From Octopus sinensis (taxonomy: Eukaryota): a DNA stretch of 64,000 nt. The stretch covers positions 58,962,001 through 59,026,000 of the forward strand of contig NC_043006.1 in the NCBI RefSeq assembly GCF_006345805.1, read 5' to 3'. Position 1 is the stretch's first letter, and every line of letters begins with the position of its first letter. A program made the position numbers and the translations under genes. The notes under the pieces were generated by a model that worked only from the letters and a program-made list of their open reading frames with translations, was not told where the DNA came from and ran no database searches. This document shows, in pieces, positions 1 through 11,990 of this stretch.

Positions 1-775
1 ATTTCTTTACTACCCACAAGAGGCTAAACACAGAGGACAAACAATGACAGACAAACGGATTAAGTCGATTATATCGACCCCAGTGCGTAACTGGTACTTA
101 ATTTATCGACCCCGAAAGGATGAAAGGCAAAGTCGACCTCGGCGGAATTTGAACTCAGAACGTAACGGCAGCCGAAATACCTATTTCTTTACTACCCACA
201 AGAGGCTAAACACAGAGGACAAACAATGACAGACAAACGGATTAAGTCGATTATATCGACCCCAGTGCGTAACTGGTACTTAATTTATCGACCCCGAAAG
301 GATGAAAGGCAAAGTCGACCTCGGCGGAATTTGAACTCAGAACGTAACGGCAGCCGAAATACCTATTTCTTTACTACCCACAAGAGGCTAAACACAGAGG
401 ACAAACAATGACAGACAAACGGATTAAGTCGATTATATCGACCCCAGTGCGTAACTGGTACTTAATTTATCGACCCCGAAAGGATGAAAGGCAAAGTCGA
501 CCTCGGCGGAATTTGAACTCAGAACGTAACGGCAGCCGAAATACCTATTTCTTTACTACCCACAAGAGGCTAAACACAGAGGACAAACAAGGACAGACAA
601 ACGGATTAAGTCGATTATATCGACCCCAGTGCGTAACTGGTACTTAATTTATAGACCCCGAACGGATGAAAGGCAAAGTCGACCTCGGCGGAATTTGAAC
701 TCAGAATGTATCGGCAGACGAAATACGGCTACGCATTTCGCCCAGCGTGCTAACGTCTCTGCCAGCTCGCCGCCC
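1..775 (-). mobile_element. tRNA-derived SINE (type A) with one head and four tandem 182-bp body/tail units
   Basis: Units start at 1, 183, 365 and 547. The Pol III-like head (minus strand ggcggcgagctggcagagacgttagc...gagttcaaattcc) occurs once, ending at 775. The same body recurs as dispersed copies through the window. Confidence 0.85.
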
Positions 776-1458
776 TGTTAAGTATGTTATATTGTTTTAT
801 TATAGAGCTGCTTCCATTGCATAATTCAAATTTTATCTTGCATTTACCGCAGCTGAAATCTCACATTTACTACAGGTTCATTAATGTATTCAGAGGAAAA
901 ATTGTTTTTTGCATCTTTCAAAAGCTCTGGTACCTTTTGATATTTTCGGTTGAGTAGATTGATATATGTGTACATCTAGGAGTGGATGAAGTGTGTTATC
1001 TTCTTTCTTTACTCTTTTATGTTCTCTGTAATCTCTATATTTCTTGAGTAAATACTGATATCAATCGTAGCTGAAGCTGATAGTAATTGGGTTTTTCTGT
1101 CAGTGTTTAGAAAAGTTTATGATTTAAGTAATTTTTTTTTATATTGATTAGTTCATTGTTCAATTTCTCATAAAAAAAATCTTAGCATAATTTTCACCGA
1201 CGAGTGTAACGATATGATTAGCAATAAGGAGATATATGGAAATTGAGGAATGGAGCAGTCCAAGTATTGAGTTAGATGAGGGAGGTATTAACGATCAATG
1301 CGATTTTGAAGAGTTTAAGTTCCCAGTGTCTAGGCACTATACATTATCTGTTTAATTACATTATTGTTTGACGCCTATTTTTTATGGGATCCCCATTTAG
1401 AGAGAGCATGTGTGTATGTTTTAACTGTAACATAGGGTGTTACTGATAGATAATATTA

Positions 1459-1667
1459 GTTTCAATTTATAGTACAAGGCCAGCAATTTCGGGGAGAGGA
1501 TAAATCGATTATATCGAGTCCAGTGTTTAACAGGTACTTATTTTATCGATCTCAAAAGGATGAAAGGCAAGGTCGGCCTCGGCGGAATTTGAACTCAAAA
1601 CGTAAAGACGGATGAAATGCCGCTAAGCATTCTGCCCGGCGTGTTCACGATTCTGCCAGCTCAGCGG
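1459..1667 (-). mobile_element. SINE type A copy
   Basis: Same body as 1-775 (aaaggatgaaaggcaaggtcggcctcggcggaatttgaactc) with the alternative tail (minus strand ccccgaaattgctggccttgt). Confidence 0.85.
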
Positions 1668-1703
1668 CTTACTGATAAATAATATTGGTTTGAACGGATA
1701 CAA

Positions 1704-2020
1704 GCATAGCTGAATGGTTTAAGAAGTTCGCTTCATCCTCACATGGGTCCGGGTTCGCCCCCGTTGCATGGCCTCTTGAGCAAGCGTAATTTTCAATAGC
1801 CTCAGGTCAACCTCTACCTTGTTAGTGAATTTCAACTGACGTTAATTGTGTAGGAACTAGTCGAGTGGATTGGTACAGCCTTGTCTCATACCGTGTGATG
1901 CTGATTCTGTCTGAGAACTATATTAACGGTACACATTTCTGTGGAATACTCAGTCACTTATATGTTAACTCAATGAGGAAGTAATCCAGTTGAACGAATC
2001 CTCATCGTCGAAACCGACGA
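1704..2020 (+). mobile_element. Degenerate SINE (type B-like head, alternative tail)
   Basis: Head resembles type B (gctgaatggtttaagaagttcgcttc...gggttcg). The tail segment ctgtggaatactcagtca resembles the one near 7470-7490. Confidence 0.45.
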
Positions 2021-2184
2021 ATATTCAAAATATTCAAGTGAAAGCAAAGCACTACAACTGGTGTTTTGCTTCAATTTTATCAGAAGTCACAGGTGAGAAA
2101 GGATCTGGGCTTCACTGTACCTGGTAGCCTGTTGCGTATTGGTATGTTAGGTGGTAGATATTTACTTCAGTACTTGAATGATGC

Positions 2185-2306
2185 TGTATTTTATCGATCT
2201 CAGAAGGTGAAGGGTAAACTTGATATGGGTAGGATTTGAACTCGGAGCGTAATGAGTTAGAACAAATACTGCAATAGCACTTGTAATTGATTCTGCAAAC
2301 TCGCCG
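2185..2306 (-). mobile_element. Degenerate SINE type A fragment
   Basis: ttttatcgatctcagaagg...ggatttgaactc...ctcgccg aligns with the type A body and head. Confidence 0.5.
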
Positions 2307-3016
2307 TTTTACTCTGACAATTTATGTATTAAACGAATTTTCTTCTCTACAATAGTAACGTTATGTTAAAATTAGTATTCTGTGTTGCACAGAATCGAAA
2401 TTTATTTACTTCAAAGTGAAGAAATATTGTGGAGATAATTCTAGATTAAGGAAACTTGTCATTAATATCGGCAAATTTAGATGCCAACTAAATTTAGATG
2501 CCAGCTATTTTCGGTATTTAACTCTTCATGAATATCTGTGATAAAGATATTTGTCTGTACAGCAACAAGAGAGAAGAGAGGGAATATTATGTTTATGTCT
2601 TCGCAAAGCCATCAGTGTCAGAAGTGGAAAATGAAACCGACTTCAACCATTGTGAACTTGAAACTTGGTTTCATCTCATGTATCCGCCATAGTTTCATTT
2701 TTGACCCTCTTGTGACAGCAAGGCCGACTGATCGGTCCAAGTGATACAAGCTGAAAGGACTTTGAAGCCGATCCAGCGACCCGATGAAACAAACGTTTTG
2801 AGCAGTAATAACCCATCATAAATCGTCTTTAAGTAGATATAATATAAAACTATATAATATATAGTTTTACATACTAATAAAGTAGTTTTAGACACTTTAT
2901 CCTTTGTTTTCTACAAGAACCTATCAATTTCAATCTCAACAGAAAAAAAACTTAGGTCCTTTTGGCTTCATATACCAAAACACAATGTGTCTGAAAAGTT
3001 AAAATCGATGCCTATC

Positions 3017-3194
3017 AGGGCGGCGAGCTGACAGAACCATTAAAACGCCGGGCAAAATGCTTCGCGGCATTTCGTCCCTCTCTGCGTTCTGAGTTCAAAT
3101 TCAACCGAAGTTGACTTTGCCTTTCATCCTTTCGGGGTCGATAAAATGAGTACCAGTTGAGCGCTCGAAATTGCTGGACTTGTGCCAAAATTTG
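3017..3194 (+). mobile_element. SINE type A copy
   Basis: ggcggcgagctgacagaacc...ctgagttcaaattc...ctttcatcctttcggggtcgataaaatgagtaccag. Confidence 0.85.
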
Positions 3195-4100
3195 TTGATA
3201 AAGAAACAAATAATTTCTTGTACTGATTAAATCCAGTTTCCTTCCTTCAAATTTCTCAGGCTTTTTATTGACTCCAGAAGGAATGAAATGTAAAAGATGA
3301 TCGGGTTGGATTTGAACCCCAAACATAGAGGAATACAACTAAATGTAGAAAATCATTTAGGTTATTCTTCAATTTTTACTTAACAAGCCTTACTGTATGT
3401 ATGTATCAACTATTAAATAGCAAAATCTATACAAAAGACATATGAGATAAACCTAAAATGTAATCAATATATCTACAGCAGTATTATTTGAAACTGTTGT
3501 CGCTTAAGTAGCATGGTGACACATAAGTTAAAGTTATTCGCATTATATCCTGATTTTAGCGTTTAAACAAAAACAAATAAACAAAAAATTCTAAATTTTA
3601 ATTTCCAATTACGCTAATTTATTTTAGTTTTGTTACCGTAAAGTGGTGGCGAGCTGAGAGGATTACATTGAAAAGGCAATTTTCTCTCGAAGCATTTTAT
3701 TCTATTTACTTATCGCACTTACATTCTATCAAATTTTATAACATAGAAAAGGATGCGCTTCCCAACACTATCTTACTTCTGACACTACATAAATATGAAT
3801 CATTTAGTAGAGACCCATTGGTTAATTAAAAAAAAAACCATTTAGGTAATCTATTTTAATGAGTTTTCGAGTGAGAAATTAAAATATCCTCAATTTGACA
3901 ACTCCCAATATTTTCTTATATAAGACGAAACAATTTTTCAAATTCAAGAAAGAATTCGCTGAATGCATTACATATATGAAGTGCTTCTGAAATACGCATA
4001 ATCATCCCGTATTTTAGGGGAAGGAATACAAGGGAAGTTGAGACATTTATACCTTTCCAAGGATATTAATGGCATAAACAAAATGAATTAGTATCGATCA

Positions 4101-4166
4101 ACAATCGAATCCTTGACGCAGTCTGAATTGACCGGTCAGTTCAGACTGCGTCAAGGATTCGATTGT
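4101..4166. repeat. 66-bp near-perfect palindrome
   Basis: acaatcgaatccttgacgcagtctgaattgaccggtcagttcagactgcgtcaaggattcgattgt, centred on 4133/4134, with a single T/G mismatch. Confidence 0.95.
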
Positions 4167-4199
4167 ATGAGTCACAATATATATGAACTTAAACAGGCG

Positions 4200-5150
4200 T
4201 ACACATAGTGAGGTGACTTGAAATCTCACAAGTTGCTGAGTTTATTGATTTCTAATTTGAAGCAATTTTATTCCTTCCCTGCCGTTGTGGATGGTATTGG
4301 GAAAGTAGTTCCTCTGCCATTTAAATCTGAAGTATTTATATTTAAGAAATTTCTTAATGGCCATAACCGCTTCTTTTCTATTAGGGATACTAGATCTCCT
4401 TCAGCTATAAAGTTAACATATTTTCTAATTCGATATATTCTGTATCGGAATATATTTAGTGGAATTTAACTAGGAAGCTGTGATAAGGTTAGCTATAAAT
4501 ATCGGAATATATTTAATTTCTATGGTTAGTTCTAGTAAGATTATCTTTAAATCCTGATGGAAACTTGGCCGTATTACTCTAACACTACTTCACAAAAACA
4601 CTTTACAACTACTTATAAAGTATATTTTCAATTTAATTTGCTAAATCAACAAATAACTTTTATCTTGGTTTCATCAATGAATTTAACAACTGACAATTCT
4701 GCCGACTTTGTTGTCTGTTTTTCATTCTTTTTCTTTGATATTTCTCGATAGCTTTCATATTGTATATTTTCACAAATCAAAATATATTGAAGTTTTCAAT
4801 TTTACAGCTAGCATATCTTCGTCGTCTGACATGTATTTCCGCCATTTTGGTCAATTAAAACCACATTTGCATTGCCCAATAATTTATATACATTTTTTCA
4901 ACTGAAGGTAATTGTGCGTTTGTTGCTATTTTACTTTATATGTCTGGGACATTCCTTATCGGCTGACATCGTTTATTTAATATTTTTCTCTTTCACGTTT
5001 ATTCACCGTATCTCCGATTTACAAATTAGCAATTTAAATTAAACGATAAAAAATCTTTGAATAAAGAACTCAGAAGAAATATTGTCTTTGATTCTCTTTT
5101 AAATGGTGAAATTGTAGATTTAATGAAATACTTCACAATGCAATAAATAA
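4200..5150 (-). mobile_element. Heavily decayed RTE-like LINE RT fragment
   Basis: Broken minus-strand frames give GQCKCGF (cf. EQCGFR), RVIRPSFHQ (cf. GVRQG region) and QQLVRFQ (cf. EQVSDFKYLG). Many stops. Confidence 0.3.
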
Positions 5151-6624
5151 ACTGTACAAATTAAAGTTCGGTTGTAACTTGCCTGACAGATATAAATTTT
5201 CTAGGTTGAAGATCAGAGAGTTTATAACGAACACTTGATTTTCTTGCATGGGTTTCACTACTGCCATACTAAAATATGGTATCGATAAACTAACATTCCT
5301 TTTATGAAGGATTTATGCGTAGATTACTGACCTATTGATCTATGAAGATCAGCTTTGAAAGAAAATTGAATATCATGACAGAACACTGGAGACAAATTTA
5401 TTCGTTGGCTGGCGCGTTTCAGTACAAGATCATGTGATGTTGCCTTTTGCTAGACACTACTCGGAATAGAAAACCTGGACTCCAGAAGGTAATGTGATGC
5501 AGAACGATATTATCTTAATTAACTGAGATGGGAATAACATGGGGGCTACTTAACTGAAAGTAAATTATTATTTAATTATCTTCATTGCACGAGAGAGATG
5601 GTTATTAATAATAAATTATCGTAACAGCATTAATTAACAACCTCGGCACTTACAGCAGAAATATAATTGGTCTCGCGGGATTGCTGCTGTGGTATGTTTG
5701 GAAAACGGAGGCTGAAATATTTATAGAATAAGATGACCTTTATATTTGAGTGTAGGAGCAAAGTGATTCTTTGCTTTATATTCTACAAATTGTGTCTACA
5801 TTGGTGTCTAAAGGAAAGGTGCTGTTGTTATTGTTTATACACAGGTCAGTCCTAACTGAATAGGTCTGTCATCAATACGTTTCGTTTTAGCCATATTGTG
5901 ACTGTTGGTACTACAACATTCAATGTACTCCATCTTTTCTTTCTGTTATGGACGACAGAATGTAATTCAAGGGAGATATGGTTACTAGTATTTCTTGCAG
6001 GTCGGATGAAAGCGCAGTGATACCCCTTTAATTCGTATATGATATAGGGTGTAGGAAAACCCATCCCAGATTCACCATTTTTTATAAACATTTTCACAGT
6101 AAACGCATGGTGAACACCGGTCCAAACCATAATCTCATCTAATGATAAAACATTAGCCACATAACTACATCATTACCATCTGCCTAACTGCCCCAGCACC
6201 ACATCAACATCCGTTTAAAATATGAGTTTCTTTTTCTCTATTTTACCCAGTAGTTTTAAAAATCAAGGCTTGAGGCATGCTTATGTTCGTGAATATCATA
6301 ACGATAGTTAAGGTAACTAATAATAAAACTACAATATTATATATTATTTAATCCCACACATTTTACATTCTTTCACGCGCACTACTCCCTTGTTTATGTG
6401 GTTGGCCCGATGAGTTGAGAGTTGCATAATATATTACGTAATCTTAAGGATGCTATACATACTGCATATCTAACTACACTATGTTTACGTCACAATAAAA
6501 ATTCATAAACGAAATAATTGTCGCAATATCAGATAATTAATTCGTCTGTTTTTATTTCTTTTTAAAATATTAATTATAATAACCGTTTCTAACAAAAACA
6601 TGAAACTACAAAGTGAGGGAAAAT

Positions 6625-7005
6625 ATCTAGTCGAATAAATCGACTGCACTCCTTGAGTGGTACTTCCTTTTTATCGCCCCCTGAAGGATGGAAGTTTACA
6701 GTTAGCCTCAGCGGGATTTGAACTCAGAAAGCTTTGGTGTAGCAGATATATGACTTGTTCAGTGCTGATCTAAATGCTTCATAATATTTGCTTTGGACTT
6801 CTATATTCCCAGTTCAACTCCCGTCCCCAACCCAAATTAACTTTGCCTCTCGTTCTTCCAGTCACAATAAAGTACCAGTCATATTCTTTTCTACTCTAGG
6901 CACAAGGCCAGAAATTTTGGGGGAGGGGGCCAGTCGATTAGATCGACACCAGCTCGAAACTAGTACTTAATTTATCGACACCGAAAGGATGAAAGGTAAA
7001 GTCGA
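6625..7005 (-). mobile_element. Cluster of SINE type A fragments
   Basis: Two partial minus-strand bodies (about 6625-6730 and 6888-7005) carrying the tttatcg...aaggatg motif. Confidence 0.65.
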
Positions 7006-7603
7006 TACACAATAATTATAATTTAAATTTTATGAAATGTCTTGGTGCTATACAAAATGATTATAATTATTATTTTTGGTGCTATAGAAAATGATAAAAA
7101 AGATATTAAATTTCAAAAGAAAAATATTTATTACTTTAAAGTTCTGATTTGTATATTTACAAGTATATGTTATTATTTTCCTATGTTTTATCAGCATGAT
7201 TGCAATCTATTCTATCGGAAACATCACTGCAGAATTTTATTTTAAAAACTGTATCTATTTCAGAAAGTTACCAGACACTCATCTGCACCTCTTAACTCTC
7301 CTTGTATTTCTCTTTTACTCTCATCCTCCTCTCTATACGATGTAAAGTGTGACATTTTCTATAGCATCTTCTGTAGCTCACGAATAAAACTGGTTAAACG
7401 GAAACTGTGTGGAAGCCTGTCGGATGGATTGTACCAGTAATTCGATGTTAAATAAGGGTATTTGTATCTGTGAAATACTCAGTCAGTTGTAGGATAATCC
7501 AAGGAACAGGTAGTTTAGTTGGTCGAACAACTGAACTCTAATGGTCGAAAACTTTAACCTAGATTCGTTTATTAAATTTCTTTTATTACAAATTTTTTTT
7601 AAG

Positions 7604-7812
7604 CTGGCGAGCTGGCTAAAGCATTACACATCGGACAAAATGCTTAACGGCATTTCTTCGGATTCTTTACGCTCTGAGTTCAAATTATGCCGAGGTCAAC
7701 TTTTCCTTTCCTCCTTTCGGAGTCGATCAAAATAAAGTACCAATCAAGTAATGAAGTCGATGTAATCGATTCTTCTCCTCTAAAACTACTGGTCTTGTGT
7801 CAAAATTTTAAG
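7604..7812 (+). mobile_element. SINE type A copy
   Basis: ggcgagctggctaaagcattac...ctgagttcaaattatgccgaggtcaac...tgtcaaaattttaagcc. Confidence 0.8.
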
Positions 7813-8097
7813 CCATTCTATTATAACTGTTCTATTAATAACAGTTATAAATTGCTAACAATTAAGTCTGTTTCATTCATCTTCTTCTTTATTTATATTA
7901 TAATATTGTAGTATTGAATTACTATCGTATTATTATTATTATAATTATTATTGTATTATATTATCATCTTATTTTATTACATTATTGTATTATATTGTTA
8001 TAATATAAAAACCAGTTATAAATTGCTAACAATTAAGTTTATATTTTCATCGCCCACTCCATTGTTTAATTGTAATCTAATTACATTACAGTACTAT

Positions 8098-8378
8098 AGG
8101 CGGCGAGCGAGCTAAAGCATTAGAGCGTCCAGTAAAATGTTTAACGACATTTCTACCGACATTACGTTTCTGAGTTCAAATGCCACCGAGGTCAACTTTG
8201 CCTTTCATCCTTTCGGAGCACTGGGATCGATGTAATTGACTTACCCCACCCCCCGCCCAAATTTGCTGGCCTAGACCCAAAATTTGAAACCATTATTATA
8301 GGCAGTGAGCTGGCGGAATCGTTAGGGCGTCGAACAAAATGCATAGCGGCATTTCTTCCCGCTCTTTAAGTTCTAAAC
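8098..8378 (+). mobile_element. SINE type A copy followed by a second truncated head
   Basis: Full copy at about 8098-8293; second head ggcagtgagctggcggaatcgttagggcg from about 8300. Confidence 0.8.
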
Positions 8379-8526
8379 TATGTACCTGTTGGGGAACAAT
8401 GTTGAAGGTGTGTGACCTAGTAGGTAGATGTTACGATCGCAAGATGGTGCACCGGGAGGGGCGTTGTGGTTTTGAACCAAACACCTTATTTCCCGTTGCC
8501 CTACTCCATTCAGCAGTAAAGGCATA

Positions 8527-8982
8527 AACCTGCGACGGGCGTTCAAAGAGAATGTTGTGGTCTCAGTTACTTATATGCCACAGGCTTGTCCACTATAGCA
8601 GAAATGATTATTTTGATGTGTTATAAAGTAAAGACCCCACTCTTGTCATAGATAACCATGGGATTACACCAGAAAGTTCCTCTCCTTGGCACAAGTCCGA
8701 GCAAGATGGTTTATGGAAGACCAGCAGTCGTTCATGCATATCAGTCTCCTCTATCCATGCTACTAATGTTATCCAAGGGAATGGCAAACGCCGAAACAGC
8801 TTGCTACCAGTGACGTCGTAACTCATTTCTACAGCCGAGTGAGATGGAGTATCGTGAAATAAAGTGTCTTGCTCAAAACGAGAGCACAACACGCAGTGAG
8901 TTCGATTCCCGGTCCGGGAATTGAACTCACTCCCTTACGATTGTGAGCCCGACGTTCTAACCACTGAGATATGCGCCTTCAC
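8527..8982 (-). mobile_element. Long tRNA-derived SINE (type E)
   Basis: Minus-strand head gtgaaggcgcatatctcagtggttagaacgtcgggctcacaatcgtaagggagtgagttcaattcc has A and B boxes, followed by a ~380-bp non-tRNA body. Confidence 0.7.
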
Positions 8983-9078
8983 GTTGTATTGTATTATTAT
9001 AAATTCTATTTATGAATTGCTAACATTTCAGTCTGTTATATAAATCTTTTATTATTATTTCTTTCTTGGGGGGGGGGG

Positions 9079-9250
9079 GGGCGAGCTGGCAGAAACGTTA
9101 GCATGCTAGGCGAAATGCTTAGTGGTATTTCGTCTGTTACGTTCTGAGTTCAAATTCCGCCGAGGTCGACTTTGGCTTTCATCCTTTCGGGGTGGATAAA
9201 TTAAGTTCCAGTTGTGTACTGGGGACGATCTAATCGATTGCGCCCCCAAT
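9079..9250 (+). mobile_element. SINE type A copy
   Basis: ggcgagctggcagaaacgttagcatgctaggcgaaatgcttagtggtatttcgtc...gagttcaaattccgccgaggtcgac. Confidence 0.85.
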
Positions 9251-9584
9251 AAAAAAAATTAAGCCTTCTATCTAGAATAGAAAAGATTAATTCTTTATCG
9301 GTTAGTGCATTATCGCAGTATCTGTCAGTTTAAACGTTCGACATGTTTGAAAAGGAGAAATCCTTATTAAAATTACGAGCAACTTACTGGTGATGATTCT
9401 ATCGATACGATCCTGATCAACAGCCACTTCTATACAGCTACGACATCCATACTTGATATATATCAGCTGTTGTTGATAATATTCTATTTTATTGCTGTCT
9501 TTATAATAGAGGACGGCTTCTTATCTATCTATCTATCTCTGTCTGTCTGTCTCTCTCTCTGTCTCTCTCTCTCTCTGTCTCCTC

Positions 9585-9621
<37 letters not shown>

Positions 9622-9721
9622 ATATATATATAGTTGAAATTTACAGAAAAACAAAAGACGAAGACGGGTGCATGAACAACAAGTAGGTGTTCTATTTTGA
9701 CACTCAGGAAAGTGAGGAAAT

Positions 9722-9756
9722 CTTTTACGCTTCGAGCGCACGCTCCTCAACAGAAG
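9722..9756 (-). ncRNA. Degenerate minimal hammerhead ribozyme motif in a short Penelope-end-like repeat (about 9634-9780)
   Basis: Minus strand: ctt CTGTTGA g gagc gtgc gctc GAAG CGTA aaag. Stem II is intact; two core substitutions. Confidence 0.5.
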
Positions 9757-10531
9757 GGAACAAAATAAAATAAACAGATTAAGAGAGAGAGAGTTAAGAA
9801 AAACTTGTGGATTTAGCGATCAAGCATGGTGAGCTAGCTAGCTCGGTGTCTGCCTGTTTGTCTTTCTATGTATCTATCTGTGTGTCTGCCTGTCTATCTC
9901 TCTATTGCTTTTCTCTCTCTCTTTTTCACTGTCTCTCTCTGTCAGTGAACGCGTAGATATGTGTGCTAGGAACCTTAATCCTAATTTCCTAATTTTCCCC
10001 TTCGATCAATATTCACAGAACACCTCAGTACAGCAAAGAATGAATAACGAAGCAACTTCCATCAATAAATATCATCCACAACTTAAACATGAACACGACA
10101 TTATACAGAACACTACTAACCTTACCAATAATGCCACTAACACCCATATATTTTTTACACCATTCATATTACAGTATTATATAGACCCTAATTGCACCAC
10201 ATCCAGAACTACTTACCTCCCTTACACAGTCTTTTTACTCAGTGGCTAGTAGACTCGACACCGTTTGATAATCGGTATGCATTCAAAGCCAGTGAACAAC
10301 AATAACAATACCGGTTTGACTTTGAATCTCTTTAACAATTCAAAATAATGAATTTTATTCCTCTTAGTTCTACCTCAGTTCATCTAATTGCATTTATTTA
10401 TCGCTACTTTTCATAAAAAAGCCTTTATTTTTTTATATTCAATGTGCATTTTCGCATTTTTCTTCTTACTTTCCCCCATATCTTTTACACGTGCAGTTTC
10501 TATTTTCTTTTTGAAACACACACACACACAC

Positions 10532-10566
<35 letters not shown>

Positions 10567-10869
10567 CTTTCCAGCTAGCTAGCACGCCGTCTGTCAGTTT
10601 ACCTGTCTGTCTGTCTATCTGTCTATCACTTCATTTCCTCTCTCTTTTCCACTTTCTCTGTCTCACTCTCTTTCTCTCTTCCTCCCTCCACCTCTCTCTC
10701 TCTCTCTCTCTTTCTCTCCTCACACAGAGTACACTCACAACATGTCTATTTGCCTAGTGTATGAGAGATACAAGAGAAGTGAATTTGTTTCAGTTTGAGA
10801 TCTGAACCCTCGTCGACATCTTGGAGGTCAGTGAACTCATTAGTTAGTCTACACCGACCCACATCTCTC

Positions 10870-11410
10870 TTAACACCACCAACACCCTCACCACAACTGT
10901 CATAACAACACCCACCACCACCACCACCACCGCCACAATGGTTACTACTAGAACCATTACCACCATAATCATAAACCACAGCCACCACCATCACCGGGGC
11001 CATCAACATTACCTCCAGTACCACGACCACCAGTACCAGTACCACTACCTCCACCACTATCTTTCCCCCATCACTTCCTCCGTTACCACCATGACCACCA
11101 CTACAATCAAAACCTCCTCCTCCACCATTACAAGCATTACCATAAAGCCACAGCCACCGCCACTACCACCACCACCACCACCATCACCACCACCATTACC
11201 ATCATCACCAGAACCAGCACCACGACCACAAGCAGCATACCACTACTTACTCTTTCTCTTCATTCTCCTCTTTCTCCGCCTTCTCCTCCTCCTTCATCCT
11301 CCTCCCCCTCCTCCATCATCGCCACAACAACAATAGCCATCATTACACTGACGTGCAATACTACCGTAACAGGTATACCCACCACCGCAACCATTACTGC
11401 AGCCCCCCTC
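10870..11410. repeat. (ACC)n/(CAT)n/(CCT)n-rich low-complexity tract
   Basis: Imperfect trinucleotide repeats that produce spurious poly-T/H/P ORFs. Confidence 0.85.
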
Positions 11411-11519
11411 CCCATCACAGTCAGCCGCTACAGCCTCATACAATGACAATAAATGAAACTGAACTAATATGAATTAGTTATTCTAATAAAACAAAGTGAA
11501 GCTTAGCATTAAGTGCTGG

Positions 11520-11990
11520 CAATTTATAGCAATTGTAAGAAGCAATGCAAAAGACGCTGTTGGAGGAAAGACACTCAACGTAATATGTATTTAAATTGGA
11601 GAGGAAGCCATTTTGAAAGATAAGAAATTATATTATGATTCTGAACATGGAATGCAGCTAAACATTCTAAATAGAAGCCTGATCATAACATCAAATGATG
11701 ATACTTAAAAGAGAATATGAATTATCAATATGATATGTTGTAGCAAGAATGGGAATAAGAAAAAAATAATAAGCAAAACCAAACCAACAAGAGCACCGGA
11801 AAAGATATGAATAAAACTCCAAAGAAATAGCAACATTTGTAGATGTGAGAGCTACATTTAAGGAGAGACGTATCGTATTGTCAATTGCAACAACATCAGT
11901 AAGTTTTCTGATATTCATGTTAATCGGCCTCGGAGGATGAAAAAAAGGCACTGCATCAAATACAGTTTAAATCGAGCTAAAAATAGACAA
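11520..11990 (+). mobile_element. Possible very decayed Penelope-like RT C-terminal fragment
   Basis: Broken frames give RNMYLNW and LNILNRSLIITSNDDT, resembling the PLE thumb region. Many stops. Confidence 0.25.

Noticed and set aside
2528-2692. 54-codon plus-strand frame (...EEREYYVYVFAKPSVSEVENETDF...) that looks protein-like
   Set aside because: Short, with no recognisable homology and no convincing donor site.
5852-6160. 102-aa minus-strand ORF in unique sequence, and a strong plus-strand acceptor (tttcttgcag|) at 6000
   Set aside because: GTG start, no recognisable domain and no convincing splice pair. All plus-strand frames after the acceptor stop within 10 codons. It cannot be supported as an exon without RNA data.
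10728-10826. Apparent 99-bp plus-strand exon (pyrimidine tract-cag ... GAG|gtcagt)
   Set aside because: Stops in all three frames and the pyrimidine tract is a (CT)n microsatellite. At best an unprovable UTR exon.
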